In this document: positions 18,055 through 20,000 of the stretch, one piece after another
Layout of the letters: every line of letters starts with the position of its first letter
How positions within the stretch are numbered: the first letter of the stretch is position 1
Assembly (NCBI RefSeq): GCF_004010195.1
Contig: NC_057750.1
Coordinates: forward strand, 7,696,276-7,716,275
Reading direction: 5' to 3'
DNA length: 20,000 nt
From: Chiloscyllium plagiosum
Lineage: Eukaryota
Translations under genes and position numbers: made by a program
The notes under the pieces: model-generated
Seen by the model: only the letters and a program-made list of their open reading frames with translations
What the model was told of the DNA's origin: nothing
Databases searched by the model: none

Positions 18055-18500
18055 GTCGATATTGATGATTGTTGGAAAAACCCATCTGGTTCACTAATAT
18101 CCTTTAAGAACAAAGAACATTACAGCACAGGAGCAGGCCCTTCGGCCCTCCAAGCCTGCACCGATCCTCTATCTAAACCTGTGGTCAATTTTCCTCTTGA
18201 ATATTATCAAAAGGTGACCATTTGTTTAAAAAAAAAACGTGGATGCTGGTAATCAAAAATCAAAACAGAAATTGCTGGAAAAGCTCAGCAGATCTAGCTG
18301 CATGTGCAGAGAAAAATCAGACAAAGTTTCAGGTCCAGGTCCTCAAAATGTATGGTCGGGGAAGAAATTTGCCATCCTTACCTGGTCTGGCCTACACGTG
18401 ACTCCAGACTCACAGCAATGTATTTGACTCATAACTATCTTGGGCATAGGTGATGAAGGCTGGCCTAGTCAGTGAGGCCCTCAGCCCATGAAAGAATTAA
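18055..18500 (+). mobile_element. Second-family SINE 3' half interrupted by a CR1 tail (18106-18180, minus) and a Penelope pLTR fragment (18236-18345, minus)
   Basis: AAAAACCCATCTGGTTCACTAATATCCTTTA | insert | GGAAGAAATTTGCCATCCTTACCTGGTCTGGCCTACACGTGACTCCAGA. Confidence 0.65.
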
Positions 18501-18552
18501 AAATAAAAATTATGCACACTCTCGGACCTTCCTCGCCAGATCTTGTATGGAG

Positions 18553-19967
18553 AAACATAGAGTCATAGAGATGTACAGCACGGAAACAGACCCTTCAGTC
18601 CAACCCGTCCATGCCGGCCAGATATCCCAACCCAATCTAGTCCCACATGTCAGCACCTGGCCCATATCCCTCCAAACACTTCCTATCCATATACCTGTCC
18701 AAATGCCTTTTAAAATGTTGTAAGTGTACCAGCCTCCACCACTTCCTCTGGAAGCTCATTCCATACACGTACCACCCTCTGCGTGAAAACGTTGCCCCTT
18801 AGGTCTCTTTTATATCTTTACCCTCTCACTCTAAACCTATGCGCTCTTGTTCTGGACTCCCCCATCCCAGGGAAAAGATTTTGCCTATTTATCCTATCCA
18901 TGCCCCTCATAATTTTGTAAACCTCCGTCGCTCCAGGGAAAACAGCCCCAGCCTGTTCCGCCTCTCCCTATAGCTAACACCCTCCAACCCCAGCAACATC
19001 CTTGTAAATCTTTTCTGAACCCTTTCGAGTTTCACAACAATGGGTGGCACGGTGGCACAATGGTTAGCACTGCTGCCTCACAGCGCCAGAAACCCGGGTT
19101 CAATTCCCACCTCAGGCAACCGCTGTGTGGAGTTTTCACTTTCTCCCCATGTCTGCGGGGGTTTCCTCCGGGTGCTCCGGTTTCCTCCCACAATCCAAAA
19201 ATGTGTAGGTTAGGTGAATTAGCCATGCCAAATTGCCCATAGTGTTAGGTGAAGGGGTAAATGGGTGGGTTGCTCTTCGAAGGGTCGGTGTGGACTTGCT
19301 GGACTGAAGGGCCTCTTTCCACACTAAGTAATCTAATTTAATGAAAGATTACCTCTTTAAACATAATCTAATCTAACATCTTTCCAATAGGAAGGAGACC
19401 AGAATTGCACGCAATATTCCAACAGTGGCCTAACCAATGTCCTTTTCAGCCGCAACATGACCTCCCAACTCCTGTACTCAATACCCTGACCAATAAAGGA
19501 AAGCATACCAAACGTTTTCTTCACTATCCTATCTACCTGCGACTCCACTTTCAAGGAGCAATGAACCTGCACGCCAAGGTCTCTTTGTTCAGCAACACTC
19601 CATAACCTTACGATTAAATGCATAAGTTCTGCTAAGATTTGCTTTCCCAAAATGCAGCACCTCACATTTATCTAAATTAAACTCCATCTGCCACTTCTCA
19701 GCCCATTTGCCCATCTGGTCAAGATCCTGTTGTAATCTGAGGTAACCCTCTTCAATGTCCACTACACCTCCAATTTTGATGTCATCTGCAAACTTACTAA
19801 CTGTACCTCTTATGCTCGCATCCAAATCATTTATATAAATGACAAAAAGTAGATGACCCAGCACCAATCCTTGTGGCACTCCACTGGTCACAGGCCTCCA
19901 GTCTGAAAAACAACCCTCCACCAACACCCTCTGTCTTCTACCTTTGAGCCAGTTCTGTATCCAAATG
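18553..19967 (-). mobile_element. CR1 LINE with RT core, frameshifted and interrupted by an HE1 SINE
   Basis: SDWRPVTSGVPQGLVLG..LFVIYINDLD..SKFADDIKIGG..WQMEFNLDKCEVLHFG, then RDLGVQVH..LVRPLLEYCVQFWSP; 3' tail at 18553-18600. Confidence 0.96.
19042..19376 (+). mobile_element. HE1-type SINE nested in CR1
   Basis: Full head GGGTGGCACGGTGGCACAATGGTTAGC and (TAATC)n tail. The CR1 flanks TTTCACAACA and AACATCTTTCC are contiguous in other copies. Confidence 0.92.
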
Positions 19968-20000
19968 GAGAAAGTGAGGTCTGCAGATGCTGGAGATCAA
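19968..20000 (-). mobile_element. Terminus of another Penelope pLTR, running off the window
   Basis: GAGAAAGTGAGGTCTGCAGATGCTGGAG matches the termini at 6664-6687 and 14864-14884. Confidence 0.7.

Overview
Eukaryotic (vertebrate) genomic DNA, almost certainly from an elasmobranch (shark), judged from HE1-type tRNA SINEs, shark CR1/HER1-like LINEs, Deu-domain SINEs, Rex1-like LINEs and Penelope-like elements. The only host coding sequence found is one 139-bp minus-strand exon (8828-8966) of a protein kinase D gene. It corresponds to PRKD exon 2 and is most like PRKD1. The rest of the window is intron, mostly nested, truncated retroelements plus a 69-bp tandem array and low-complexity tracts. 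The most interesting signal is a set of minimal type I hammerhead ribozyme motifs in Penelope pseudo-LTRs. Three of them are ~220-230 bp self-palindromic mini-elements flanked by 12-14 bp target-site duplications, and one family carries a compensatory U3-A8 catalytic core. Family names are recalled from motifs, not from database searches.
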